A stretch of DNA of 64,000 bases from Raillietiella orientalis (taxonomy: Eukaryota). The stretch covers positions 372,001-436,000 of the forward strand of contig JAYWIR010000041.1 in the NCBI GenBank assembly GCA_036172245.1. The letters run 5' to 3'. Numbering within the stretch: position 1 is the stretch's first letter; the number at the start of each line of letters is the position of its first letter. The notes under the pieces are model-generated. The model was given only the letters and a program-made list of their open reading frames with translations, had not been told where the DNA came from and made no database searches. This document shows positions 51,201-64,000 of this stretch, piece after piece. Position numbers and translations under genes: made by a program.

Positions 51201-54200
51201 GCTGACGTCACGTCCCGTAAACACATGTTTATTTTTGTTTTGTGTCGAAAGAATGAAGTGCCGCTTCTTATCGCGAGTTTCTCCGACGCCGTATTTCACT
51301 CCCGGACAAGATAACAATCGCTAAAAAGTTCTCCTGAACGCCGAGGAAAATAGGTTTCATCGGTCCTGGGTCCCTGCGGAGAGTAATATTGTATTGGAAA
51401 CGATTTGTCACCCTCGCTGGCCACCCGTCTCAGCGTGGTATCGAATGATGCTGTTCTGTGCGCACGGTAGGTGCATCGCGGTCAAATCAAAGAGGGCCGG
51501 GGCACGGGAGTGGACTTGTTGTCTACCTCCTTCTCTCGGAAAAACCCGGAGGCGGAAGCAAATAAATTAGAAATGGAAAGCAAGCGGTAGAAAACCTCTG
51601 AAGGATGAACTGAAAGGGCAATGAGAAGCATAAATCTATAACTTATTGGAGTGGGATCGACTTATTTATGAAGATTCTGCTCGCTTTCTTACCTACCACA
51701 GAACAACTTCAAAGCAACTCTCCAAGAGTAATCAGGGATGTATTTTTTTTTTCTTTTCTTCCTTTTCCTTTTGCTCCTATATAAATACTAATAACCTGGA
51801 CACTGCCGAAAATGGACTCGGAATGGACTCACACGTCATTAAACCTGCCTTCATTACTTAGCACGCTAATCTGCATTTCTCTCTCTCTCTCTCGTGCGTT
51901 GATGATACTTACTGAAATTTCGAAAGGCACCGAACCTCGAACGAGTAACTCGTATCTTGACCGTTTATTTCCACACAGCGGGTATAATTGATTATTTATC
52001 AGATTCAATCCTCTGCCATTCCTGAGGACGGATGGCGAGATCAACGACCTTTTCCCCCGTGCTTCTTGTGTACATTCCGCCCCGCAAAAGACGCCCTCCT
52101 ACCACCCGCGAAAACGGCCGGCCGCATTCTGCAAGCGCGCACACGTCCGTTCGAGGTCTCTCCCGACGTACGTCCCGTTCATTCATTTCTCTTCCGCGCG
52201 GCAGCAGCCTCCTCGGGGAATGTTTTTCCCGAGCGGGAGGAGAAGAACAACCACCGGCCTTGACGTCAAGCTCACTCGTACACGCGTACAGAAGGACGAC
52301 ATTCGGCGAACGACCCCCCTCCCCCCGTGCGAGAGCCCACCTTCACGCCCCGAGGTGTGTCTTCGCGGGGCAGCGACCAAGCCCCGGCGTCCGAGTCCGG
52401 CAGCAGCGCGCCGAGGACCCCCTCTTTGTTCGGGACGCTGGGATCCGCTATTTCCAGCACTGCTGCACGCGCGAAAGACATGGAGCTCGGGAGAAGAACC
52501 AGTTGACGATGGCCTCACCGCGCTAATTGTTCCTGCGTTCCCTTCGAAAAGGCGAGCCGTCGAAGGCTCAATCACGGAGGGGAAGCGGAAACGACGAGGA
52601 TGCCTCCTCCTCCATCCGTTTCGTTCCGTTGCCTCGGCGATATGGTAGCGGAGGACGGAAACGGAGACGTCATTATCGCCAGTCGAAGACCAGGGTTGCC
52701 GTGCTGCTGCGCTTTCCCCGTCTCCTCCTTCCCTCTCGTACGTGTGCGAGATGAACAGCCGTCTTTACGAGAATTGCAGACAATCAGCAGAGGCAGCAGC
52801 ACTGGCTCTCCGGATTCCCATTCTGAGAATTCGAAATGGTAGAGAGGCAGATTTCCTCTATCGGGAGGCGTCGGCGGCGTCGGTTTCCAGCCCTGGTTCC
52901 GTGCAAGAAGCGGAAAAAAGAAAAGAAAAGAGGAATGCATGCTCTCTTGGCATGGAATTCCATGCTCAGATTGGGAAACATTAGCGTCTATTTAGCTTCG
53001 TTCTACTTCTTCTTCCTCGTGGCTGGAAATTCTTCCTTTTTTGAAACGCCGCCGTTTCTCTCCTCATCACCGCCTGGCGTCATCAATTGAATTTCGAGCT
53101 TCACGTCCAGTACTTGCAGCAATCATCATTACCTCAGAGAGCGCACGAGGCGTTTTGAGCTTCTCCATCGGAATCTGCGCGCGATGAGAGGAGGACGCAT
53201 CCGTCATTAATTTACACACCTCATTTGTTCCGCAGCAAAGGCTGGGCAAATGGTCGGCTGTGTGTTCCACCCATTAACATTCCCGACCGCGGTGTCTCAT
53301 GGCAACGCCCGGGAACGGATCTCGACTTTTTAAACACTGGAAGCTACCCGAGGCTCGCACTGTGATTTTCCTCTGGATGAATGGAGCGAGGGGGAGAGGC
53401 GAGCAAAGAGTGAATGGATGCTCTTCCTTTGTCTCTGTGTATTCCCGGGGATTAGGAAAAATTCCTTCCGTCACTTGACAGTTCCTTTGAAGCACCTTGC
53501 TGGTGTTCCGGATTAGCAGCCTCTGCAGAACTCCACAAAGATGACGGGAGCACTTGGTCCCATCCAGCGTGGGCACTCGTCCGTGATGGATGACGATGAC
53601 TGCTGCCTCTTTGCATCGAGCGTTCCGAGAGACAGACGAACGCCTTTTCCCGGCTGCTCGGGCGTGTGCCCGGGCCCCGTACCCATCCTCCCCCTCCCCC
53701 TCTTCGCCGCCGGCCTGCTAGCCACGGCCCCCCACCGGCTGGCCGTCTTCGGAAGCGACGCCGCAGTTCACGGTGCCACGCGCGCCTGAAAGGACATCTG
53801 CGGTCGGAACGCGCACGCGCGGTCGCATTGTTGAGCTCCCCCTGGAGGAAGCGGAGGTGCTGCTTGCAGCCCCGGGCTCATTGTTGTGAGCGCGCGGGCA
53901 GAGCAGCTGACGCGCGCAGACTCCTCGGGAAGGCCCGCGGAGAGCAGCGGGGAGGATGAGGCGGTCCAGCCACCCCGGTCCTTGCGACGTGGGGAGACAA
54001 GTCCGCCCCGAGCGTCGAGCCCACGAGCGCCCCCGAACCTCGCCCCTTCCCTCGAGCCTGCCAGCTGCCACGGAGCCGAGGGTGGGTGGACGGTGGCGTC
54101 CCGGGAGGTTTGCGGTCGCCGTCGGGGCTGGATAGCATGCGGTCGCAGCCAGTCGGCGTTTCGCTCCTCTCACGCTCCTGGAGAGAGGGGGGCCGCTGGA

Positions 54201-57200
54201 TCCGGCGTCCCCCCTGCGGAAGAAGCAGATCCCAGCCGGCTATGGATCCCCCACTCCCGCGTCATGACAGCGCGTTCCAATTTTTCATTTACCCGCGCTC
54301 CCCGTCTTCTCCGCTGGAGGGGACGCGCACCTGCCGGCGACGACGACGGGGAGGAGGGATGACTGGGGAACATCGCGTGCCCTCAGGGGGCGCGGCGGAC
54401 TTTCCGCTCGGTGGTTCTCCTGCCTCGGTCACCCCTGCGTCTTCCGGCGCAGGAGGGCGGGAACGGTCGCCTTCCCTTCCGTCGCTCCCGGGATGACTCT
54501 GCGAAAAAATTTGGCAGTGGAGGCAGCGCCTCCCGCGCGCAAGACCGGCCGGGGTGCGGCGCCAGCGGGAGTGGGCGAATGACCATCACCCCTTCTCAGA
54601 ACCGCGCGGGTCCCCGAGGACGGGTCCCGGCTCTCCTCGCCTGACCTCTCCGTTCCAAGAGATGTCCGTCTCTGGGTAGACGCATTCCAAGCTTCCCCCT
54701 CCCTCCCTTTTCGTCCACCCGGCAACGAGGCTTCGTCCACGTGGCACCGCCCCCTCTTTCTCCTCTCCGGGAGAATGAGAGAGGAAAAAAAAATGGCACG
54801 GCTCCCGGGGGGGGGGGAGACGAAAGGCGGTTCTGGAAAAGTTCAGCGGCGTCTTCCGGGTCACTTCCCTTTCCGAGAGGCCCTAGGGGCAGCGCCCGCG
54901 CTCTCCCGGCAGCGCGAGTGGCCAGCGGGCAGGAGGAGAGGGAAAAGAGAGGTTGCGCGTGCGCGAAAGTGGAGGCGGTGCCCGCTGGCGTCTAGGAGCG
55001 CCGCCTGGTGGCAGGGCCGAGATCCACCTCGTCCCCACCGTGCGTGGGAGAGCGCTCGACGAGAGCCTCGGCGCGCGCTGCTCGTGGCTGCGGAACGCCG
55101 GGGCGAGTCAGGCTCTGCGCTTGCGCCGCCGATGCGGCGGGAGGGGGGAAGGGGGGGATTTGTCACTGGGACAACCCCCCAAGCGAGGACGCGCCGTCGT
55201 GGGAGCGAGCGCGGCGGTGCTGCTGCAGTCGAGCGTTCGCGCTGCGTTCCTCCGCGCGCATGAGCAGAGCGACTGCGGCGGTTCGCGTTCCGGCCCGCAC
55301 CGGGCAACGGAAAAACGAAAATGAAAAATAAATAAATAAGTAAACGGAAAACCCGACGACGGTGGCGGGCCGCCTCCTGCACCGGCGATTTCTCCTCCTC
55401 CTCCCCCCCTCCCCTTCTTCTCCCTTCCCAGCTGCTCGTCTCGTGGCGGCGCGGCGCGGTGCGCTGCGAGGAAGACGAGCGCGTCGGGCCGTACTGCCAC
55501 CCGGTGCCCGCTGGTCGTTCCCGAGACCGCAGCAGCAGCACCCACGGAGATAATCGCATTCGCTGACGCAAATGAGAGCCGCTGATGACTGTATCGCCAC
55601 GAGATGCTTATCGCTCCCGGGAACAAGACTCCCTGATCATGGCGGCGGCTGTACCACTTCCACTTTTCACACCTTTTTGTGACAGTCGCCCCTTCGCAGA
55701 TCGTATCATGGCAACTCCTCGGCGCCCGGGGCGCGCCGCCTCCCCCTCCTCCGCCCTGCTGACCGTTTCTCTTTTCTCACGGAGGCAATTAAACGCCCTT
55801 CCCCCCTTCCCCGCGCGACTCCGGGAGCGGAGTCGCCTTTTATCTCCCTTCCCTCCCCTTCTCTCCCTCTCCACCCCCGCCTCCTTCTTACGTGTGGGCG
55901 CCTCAACCCGTTGACAGGAGAAGGCCCCTCGGAGCGGTTCCGCCGCTCGGACGCGACCGCCGGCGGCCTCTCTTCCGAGGGCGGGCGCCGCTCGCCTCCG
56001 GGGTCTTCGGCGGCAGGAAAAAGGGGATCAGGAAGCGCACACGCCTCCCTGCTCGCACACCCACCCCCCTCCATCCTCCGTCGCGGTCAGTGAGCGAAGA
56101 GGCGGGGGCAAAGGAAACGTAGCCGCCGCCGCTGCCACTCTGGAGGACGCCCAGCTCCCGGGAGAACGCGCGGAAGCCGCGAAACTGCTGGTCTGCAGAC
56201 TGCCGAACCCCAGGGACGTGGGTGCCCCGGGGCCGCAGCCTGCCCGCTCAGGCTCCCGGCCCAGAGGGGAAGGGAAGGGACAAGGCGGGCAGGGGTCACG
56301 CCTGTCCTCCCAGTCTACTGAGGGGAGGCGCCAGACGAGGTCGACCCAGCTCGTGGGGACGGAGAGGGGGTCCTCTGCCACATCAGTCCAGCGCGGCCGG
56401 GACGCTCTCTGGGCGGGAAGGGCGGCGCCTGCCTGGACTTGCAGGTGAGTGTGCAGGCCTGCGGATGAAGCCGGGCGCCAGAGCGCTCAGTTTCCGGACC
56501 CATTTGAGGCTGTACGGAAAGAGGACGCGACAGGGGCCTACCTCCCTGCTCCTCCCTGGAGATGCGTCCGCCTCCGGAGGCCCGGCACGCTCGCTGTACC
56601 AACGGGAAGCTCCGGACGCCAAGCGCCCGTTACCCATGGGACGCTCAGCACCCTTCGGAGATGAGCTGCACGCTGGTACGGCGGAACCAACAGCAGCCCC
56701 CCCGCTCTCCCGGGAGATGGAGCCGAGCAGACAAGCAGCGCGGGGGAAGGCGGGATCAGCGCGATGGCCGGACGACCAGAGGCGGGGGCACAGGTCCCTG
56801 GGGCACCACCAGGGAAAAATTTCCCGTCTCTTCTGCGCGAGGTGCTCCGCCTGCCGACCGGCGGGAGTCCTTCCTCGACGGAAGGTTCCGCCCCCCTCAT
56901 CGAGGGGAGTAGGAGGACGCGGGCCGCCCCCCCCGGCGGTTCGTCCTGGCCCGAGCAGCGAGGGCCTGCAGGACAGTTTTTTCCGTTTGCCGGGAGGCCA
57001 GATGACAGGCAGGCGTAAGGAACAAAAAAAAAGCGACATCTGCCTGACAAGAAGCGCTGAAGAGAGAGGAGGACGCGTAACGATGTGGCCACCTGCCTCT
57101 CTCTACCACGCGCAGATGCGCATCCATCATTTTCCTCCTTCCCTTTTTTTGTGGTGCGCGCCGGTGTGTGCAGGAGTAGGAAAAAAAAAGAGGAAAAAAA

Positions 57201-60200
57201 AAAAAAGAGGAGGAAAAAGAAAAAAAGGAGGCTGCCAGACAAAAGAAATAAATTATAACTGTTTTAACGGCTGCTGCAAATCAGGTGACCAGCGTCTCTG
57301 CGACGAGCAGCAAGTCCGAAGCGCTGGCAGAACGGATGCGCCTACTGAGGAGGTAGGCCCTGAGGCATTTTTCTCTCTTTTCGCTGCCCCCCCCCCCCTT
57401 TTTTTTTCCAAGGGGGGCTGCTTCCATGCCGTGCAGTGGTGACTTCGAAGAAGGGGGGGAAGCTGCGCGATGCGAACGCCTGTTCCGTTTCGGGAAAGGT
57501 CGCAGCGGACCGAGAAGAGAGGTCACTGCGAGTGGGCGCGCGGATGGGAAGCCCGGGAAAGTTCCGACGTGGGTCGCGTTCCACGCGGAGTGCGTCGGCT
57601 CCCAGAAGCGGGCAGATTTTCTGGGCTCGCCGACGCTTTCGCTTTCCACCAGCAGGAACCGCCGGAGTTTCCGCGCCGCCAAAAAAAAAAAAAAAAGAAA
57701 AAGGAAAATTCCAGATTCTCGATCCGCTGATGTCTTAACGGTAACGCCATTCTCGAAGAGTTTCTTCTCTTCTCCTCCGACGGAGCAACGCGAGCAGTAG
57801 CGGACGGTGCTCTCCTTCTTCTATCCTTTCTTTTTTTGCAATTCTTTCGCCCAGAAGGGGGCGTAGGGCGGGGGAGAAGACGCTCCTCTGGCTTGGCGTT
57901 GGTCAATCTTCACAAATCGAACAGATGAATCATCGCAAGACCATCTCGACTCCTGCGAACCTTTGTTCCGCGTTGGTCACTCTTCTGCCGATGCTTCTTC
58001 CTCCTCCTTCCTCGTCCTCCCGCAAGCACAAGGTACAAAGGGAAAAAGGAGGATCTGGTGCTTGGGAAGGCACGAGGATGCTTTTGATCAATTGGCTCTT
58101 CTCGGGCGCCCGTCTTCCGAGTTCCGAGGAGACGTTCATCACTTCTTGAGGCAAAAAGTTTCTCACGCACACGAGCGAACCTCCGGAGCAGTCGAGTTAA
58201 TGACAATGTTGTTGCATTACTTATCGGCTAATTGCAGGTTTGCCGCGCGGATCCGCTATGTCGCCAACTCGCACGTCAGGAGCCCCGCGATGCCCTCCGC
58301 TTCCCGTAGGAAGCCCTCAGCTCGCCCAGATGGTCCGCGGGGAATTCCGCCGCCTGACGGTTCTCCCCCGACCGCGCTACCGTAACGCGGAGGAGCCGTG
58401 CGAAAGAGAGACACGGGTTCGTCCAGCCGGAGGCACCAGCGAGAGGAACAGGAACTCTTTCGGAGAGGTCGCCTCTCCGCCCGTCCGTGCGCTTGCGGGG
58501 AATGATGATGATACGCGCCAACACCATTTGTCACTACGCGCGTTTTTGCGCGCGCCCGCTCGCGCCCGCGCGTTTTCCTTCGGAGAATCTCTTCGAGTGG
58601 GTGAATTCGGTACGAGCAAATTGAAGAACGCGCGCGCCCGGAGCTCGTCCACTATGTGGAACACTCCCGTCCGTAGGACACCTAACGCCCGGTTCGACAG
58701 GGGGGGTGGTTTCCAGGAGGAAGAGCGCTTGGTCCGCAATGACGAGAAAGGAAAGATGACCACAGTCGCAGGGTCGCTCTCCTCGCCCGGCGACCAACCA
58801 ACGCGCAACGAGCCGACCTCCTTGCGGGCTGCGAGAAGAACGCAGCGCGCTGCACGGCGGTGGAAAGGCAGCACCGTTTATTGCCTTCGTGGCAAATCAT
58901 AATGGGGAAAACATAGTTGACCGTATCGAATGGAGATTCATCAGAGCACCTGTTGAGCTTGGTGCGTTCCCAGAGAGGAAGAAATGAGAGATGGGGCTCG
59001 TTGCCATGGATTGAGACAGCGCGGGGATGCCGTCCCTTCCGCTCGCAGAACCGATGGTCGCATGAAAGCAACTCTAAAAAAGCGCCCCTTTTTTCTCTCT
59101 CCTCCCCCCCTCCCGGAAAAGAAAAGACATTTCTCTTATGTGAGTAGCATTCGGAGAACTGGAAACAGAGCGTTTTTTCCCCCTTTCCCTACCAGAGTCC
59201 ACTTGCTGTGGTCCTCCCAACCTGCCTTCGGAAACCGATCCCGCACAATTCAGGCAGTGTGAGGGAAGTTCTATTTTTATACGATTAAGGTGGAGGGTGA
59301 GGGGAGATCGTGACCCGCGTTTAGGAAGTTTGACATGGCATCCGCATGGATGCCTTGGTTCGGAACCGAACCACGGATTCGTAATTCAATTATCGTGATC
59401 TACATTTTCAAGTGCTCGGTAATCATTCCGCGTCTTCGAATTTACAAATTAAGCTGATGCCCAAACGGAGAAATTACTATCCAGGAATAATAAGTATTTG
59501 GGAACGTCACTAAGTATGTGGTCAGTATCTTGCAGTTCCAGCGTAATTTGAGCCGGACTCTATCAAAAGCGTATCTGTCAGATTTTCAGCATCTCCGTGC
59601 GTGGTGTCATCAAGCAGAAAATGATTAACTCCGTTTTGATAAAAGATTCAATAAAACGACCATTATGTCCATAATGGCAGCCTGAAATGCGTTCGGAAAA
59701 GCTGGCAAACGGAAGGATTCTGTGTTTCCAAAAGAAGAAGAAGAAGAAGAGAAGGTGTTTACAAGCTTTTAATAAGTCGACCTGTTGCACAAAAAAGTCA
59801 CGAAACACGACCAAAGCGAAAGAAAAAAAAAAAAAAGGAAGAGCACGGGGTTTCTCTGTGTACTCTGGTAAGTAAACACTTGCAGCAGTACATTACTTCG
59901 TATAGCCTAATACAGGTAAATCATGCAGATACGAATAAATCATCAAGCTTTGGGGGGAGGGGAGGGGAGGGAAGCACATCGAGGAGCGGATGCGAGTTTT
60001 TCCAGGGTCCAGACAGAGTCAGTTCTTGCGATGCTTCCAATGCCCATTTAAATGAATGAAGTCACGTGACGACGATTCACGTTTATTATGTGATTTTAGC
60101 AGGTGTTTTTTTTTTTTTTTGTTTTTTTTTTTGTTTTTTTTAAGGAACTTCAGGGGGTGCGAAACGCTGCGGCTGGGAGAAGTCAGTCGGTCAGCCAGCT

Positions 60201-63200
60201 CTGTCTTGGAGCTTCGAAAGGCAGACGACTTCTTCTTCGTTTGGGGTCGAACTGCCGGACGGGAGGGGAGGGGATGGGGGTGGGGCGGAGCGAAATTTCG
60301 TCCATCCTGCGTCTGCTCAACAAGGTGATCAATCGATCGGCGTGCATCCGAAGGAGGAAATCGGAGCGTCGGGATGACTCTCTCATCGCGGTTCCCCGGA
60401 GGGCCGAGCGTTCGACACGCGTGTGAGAATCCTTCGCTTGTGGCACACATCGAGCAGGGGGTCGCCGTGCGAGGAAGCAGAGCTCCCGCCCCTCTGGGCG
60501 AAGAGGAAGCTGTGCCTGCCGGCCGGCATGGCGAGGAACGGTGCTTAGGCCGCGCCTACCGATTCCTCTCCTGCGCCACGAACGATTCCCGAAATCACTG
60601 CCGCCCGGCCAACATTTTTTCACCTTCGTCGATGAGTGCATCGAACAGCTTCGTTTGTTTATCGGATCCGTACTCTCCGTAAGGGTGTGATAATCGTCAC
60701 ATTTGAAATTAATAAACGTGGAGGAGAGAGTCGAGCGCACTCGCTGTTGGGTCCAACGGGGCTGCTGATGCCCGTCGCGACTCAGCTGTGGTGTGCGTGA
60801 GTTATGAAACGCTCTTGGAACTCTCAAGGTTAAAGCTTAGTCTTGAGTCGTCGAGCGTGCTGGTTTCCTTTTTAATGAGCGATTTTTTCAAAGTGATATT
60901 TGACCTTTGATGCATCGTTCGTATTCCCTATCGAGCGAACTGATGATCGTGTACTTTCGTTATTTACGATAGCACATTCATCATACGAGAGATCATTTGT
61001 AAGCACCGGAGTGCCTGGCTTGCGATAAAGCACTCCAAGAGAGAAAAGCAAACTGTCGAAGCTTACGTCGATCAAGAACCCATCCTCTTGATCCCGCCCC
61101 CCCCCCCCCAAAGCAAAAAAAAAAAAAAAAAAACGCATTACCAAATGGGACGCCGAAATTTACATAACCCACCACAGCTACAAAGCAAAACAAAACAAAA
61201 CCCAAGGCGCGAGGAAGAAGCACCAGCAGAATTGGACGGCTTCAATGGGAGCTAAGAATGGAGATCATCGGTGCTAATTTGTCAGCAGCAGGAGCAATAA
61301 AAAGGAACGCGTCCAGGTACGGTGGTCAGCACGCATTCAGTAGTAGTGCGGAACGACATCTCTCGGGGAGGGAGCAATATGCTTTTATTATAACAGCTTT
61401 GGAATACGAATGGGGTATTTAAGGGACACGAGGAAAGCGGCCCCGATGACGAAAGGGCAGCAAAGGCGTTTTCCCTCCTACGTCTTCCCCTTCTCCAGCG
61501 GAGCATTTCATCGTTCTGCCATACCAACGCGTTCCTGGAAAATCCACAGCACAAGACATCACCGACTTGCGTTACCTTGGAAACTCGTTAAATTGAAATC
61601 GCATCACGACAATTGTAACCATGCTCACGTCTGTTTCCCCCCCCCCCCCTCCCCTCTCCCCCCAGTTCAAAAGCCTACGTAGCTGCCTACTGCCTACGAG
61701 GAAAAAGCAATTCGCTCGCAGGGTGTGTGTGTGAACGTCTCGTGACTCCTTTCTCCGCCGAGGAAGTCTGGGGTGGTTCATCAAGTGGCACAGTGGTCCT
61801 TCAAACCCATGCGGGAAGAAGAAAGAATCTGCAAAATCACACACAGTCTGTTGTTTAATCATAACGCCATGATTGCGTGGAACCAAATAAAAGGCTAACA
61901 GCTCGGCAGGAGATCTGATGAATGGGGACATCCCCAAGCCAAGGAAGTCTGGAGACGAGTATCAAAAAGTTAGCAGACTTAACGTGCAAGCAGCAAGGGG
62001 GAAACCCAATGAATACAAAATGAGCACTGCAGCCACACACTGCTCGTGCCTTTTAAGAAAACGCTCTTGAAAATTCACATTCGCTTCTCTTAAAAGATGG
62101 CCTTAATGGGAAAGCCGCCTTCCCAGTTCACCTTTTCCTTCAGCCGAAGTTTCCGAAGTCTCAGGAAGAGTTATATATTTTTTTTTTTTCCTTTTTCACC
62201 TGACTCGGGAAAAAAAAATACCATCGAGAGCAATTTTCTCGAAACTTGCCAAAGCTGCTACCTCTTTGTTCTTGGCTTTAAGCAAGGAGCAAGTCTTGCA
62301 GCCCTGTCCGACAAGGAGCAAGAACGCGTGGAGCAGCGGAAGACGTGATGGACGCTGTGGCGCCCCGATCGGGAGGAGGCGTTCGAGCGCGGCGCCATGT
62401 GCGAGCGAGCGTTTTCAGTGCGAAGAAAGAAAGTTTCGGAGAGAAAATTCAAATCGAATTTGCGTGACGACGCAGCCGTCCATCCTCCGCGGGCGCTCGA
62501 ACGGCCTCTGCTCGTGTGAGGTCAGATGGAGATTGTTTGTTCTGGGGCTGTTCGGTTTCCCCCTGAGGATGGCTCTCATCACGATGATGGGCTGCACAGG
62601 TGATTCTGGCGATACGCCGTTTCGATTTGCAGCAAGGGTTTGCTCAAGATCCTGGAACATCCGGAAGACGACTTTCCCTCCCTCTGACTCGCTGCTCTTT
62701 CTTCGGCAGTGAGGCCGTGGAAGTTGGGGTTTTGCAAGCAGGGCAAGCCAAACTGGGAGCTTCGCCGTCTATCAGCAGAGAGAGACCCAAAGGAGGGAAA
62801 ATGCGGGGCTTCCAGATGGAAAAGCCCGACGCGAGAAGCAAGCAAGAAGTTTCTGGAGAACGCAAGGGTGGCAAAAGAAAGAGGAAGGAAAGAGGGACTC
62901 CCTTTAGAGAACCGCGATTGGACCGAACTAGGGAGAGAGAACACCTTGCATTCTGCAACAGCACTTACGCACTTATTTGTAGACTCTGCCAAGCTATGAA
63001 AATCATGAAGTTGATGGCAGTGCAGCCACGAGAGAACTCATTTATCTGAAATCGATTCTAAAGCCACGTCGAATCAACAAGTACCCAGTCCGATGGACCA
63101 ATAGCTCGAGAAGCCCAACGGGCAGATCTTCCGCGGAGGGAACGATAGTGAACTCCTCCCAGTGGGGAGTATCCGTCATCGGATGCAGGAGAAGTCAGAA

Positions 63201-64000
63201 GTTGCCAGAGAAATTTTGTCCAAAACAGTTTTGCCACCTAACAAAGAAAAAGAGGAAAAAGGCAGATGGAGACTTTTGATGCTGTGAGCCTCCACGAGAG
63301 ATGCGCCTCTCGCGGAAGGATCTTCCGTTGCACTCCCACAGTGGTTGAAGCCCACCTCGTCCGCAGGCTACATCGCACTTGGGCGATCCTTTCTCCAAGA
63401 AACCGTCGTCCTTTTAGTTGCATTGAGCCGCGATCCCATCCTTGCAGCTTTCAAATGGATGACGGAAATTCAGCCACGAGTTCTGGAGTGCAACTGGTGC
63501 AGTTGCTCACCTCATCAGCTTCCAACCGAGTCTTCACTGCTCCTTCCCTTCGAAGCTGGTGGCAGTCTTCCTGGTCTTCTGCTGCTCCGCCCCATCGCCA
63601 GTTTCATACCTACGAGTGCAGCTATCAACACTTCCCTTATACGGATATGCTAAATCTGATCACGGAGAAAATAGCGCTCGTTTTTCGCCAAAGCATTCCT
63701 CGTCCAATGAAATTTCCTGGACTGCCCGAGATGGCTTTTCTCTAAAGAAACGGCATCATCCCGCGCTAAGTCTTATTGCTCTTCTCGGACCTCGGGTCCC
63801 ACACTCTTCTGCTGGACTGAAAGAATGCTTACTTGCCGGAGTAGGGCAGACCCACTGCTCTCTCCTGCAGAGCCTTTCGCGCAGTTGTTTCACACCAGCT
63901 TGGGTGACAGTAGGGGGGCACAGGGAGTCCAGGGTACGGTAAAGGGAGCGATTCCTGGTTCTCTCCCGCCTCCCGTTCGACTGTCCTTGGCTTTCCTCGA

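Noticed and set aside
38067..51324. Long ORFs such as 38067-39116, 39327-40460, 41652-42725, 46342-47418, 47310-48344 and 50304-51314
   Set aside because: Same GC artefact. They run through homopolymers and microsatellites and show no family motifs.
56430..56450. Another CAG|GTGAGT junction
   Set aside because: No adequate polypyrimidine tract and no recognisable coding exon upstream; cannot be tied to a gene.
59892..59925. loxP-like sequence ATTACTTCGTATAGC
   Set aside because: Only one arm matches (12/13). The spacer diverges and there is no second arm, so it is a chance half-site.

Overview
Eukaryotic (probably arthropod) genomic DNA, almost entirely non-coding. The only gene I can support is the 3' end of a Distal-less (Dll/Dlx) homeobox gene on the + strand. 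Its exon at 2414 follows a long polypyrimidine tract and encodes homeodomain helix 3 (VKIWFQNRRSKFKK). A probable 57-nt intron (2654-2710) follows, then a last exon ending ...YMYPYSW...MNHGVLT* at 2905, with AATAAA at 3403. The upstream homeobox exon is outside the window. The remaining ~60 kb looks like a gene desert. It holds short AT-rich islands with homeodomain/TCF sites, long GC/CpG-rich domains dense in RFX X-box, YY1/Pho, ETS and CRE motifs, microsatellites and homopolymer runs. It also has one ~240-bp inverted repeat pair, one diverged direct repeat pair, and many short, heavily decayed transposon-like fragments recognised by eye only. I found no rRNA, tRNA, CRISPR array, intact transposon or second convincing gene, and no firm evidence for a new biological system. 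The best leads are the unusual Dll micro-intron and the X-box cluster. The mixed signals also justify checking the provenance of the sequence.
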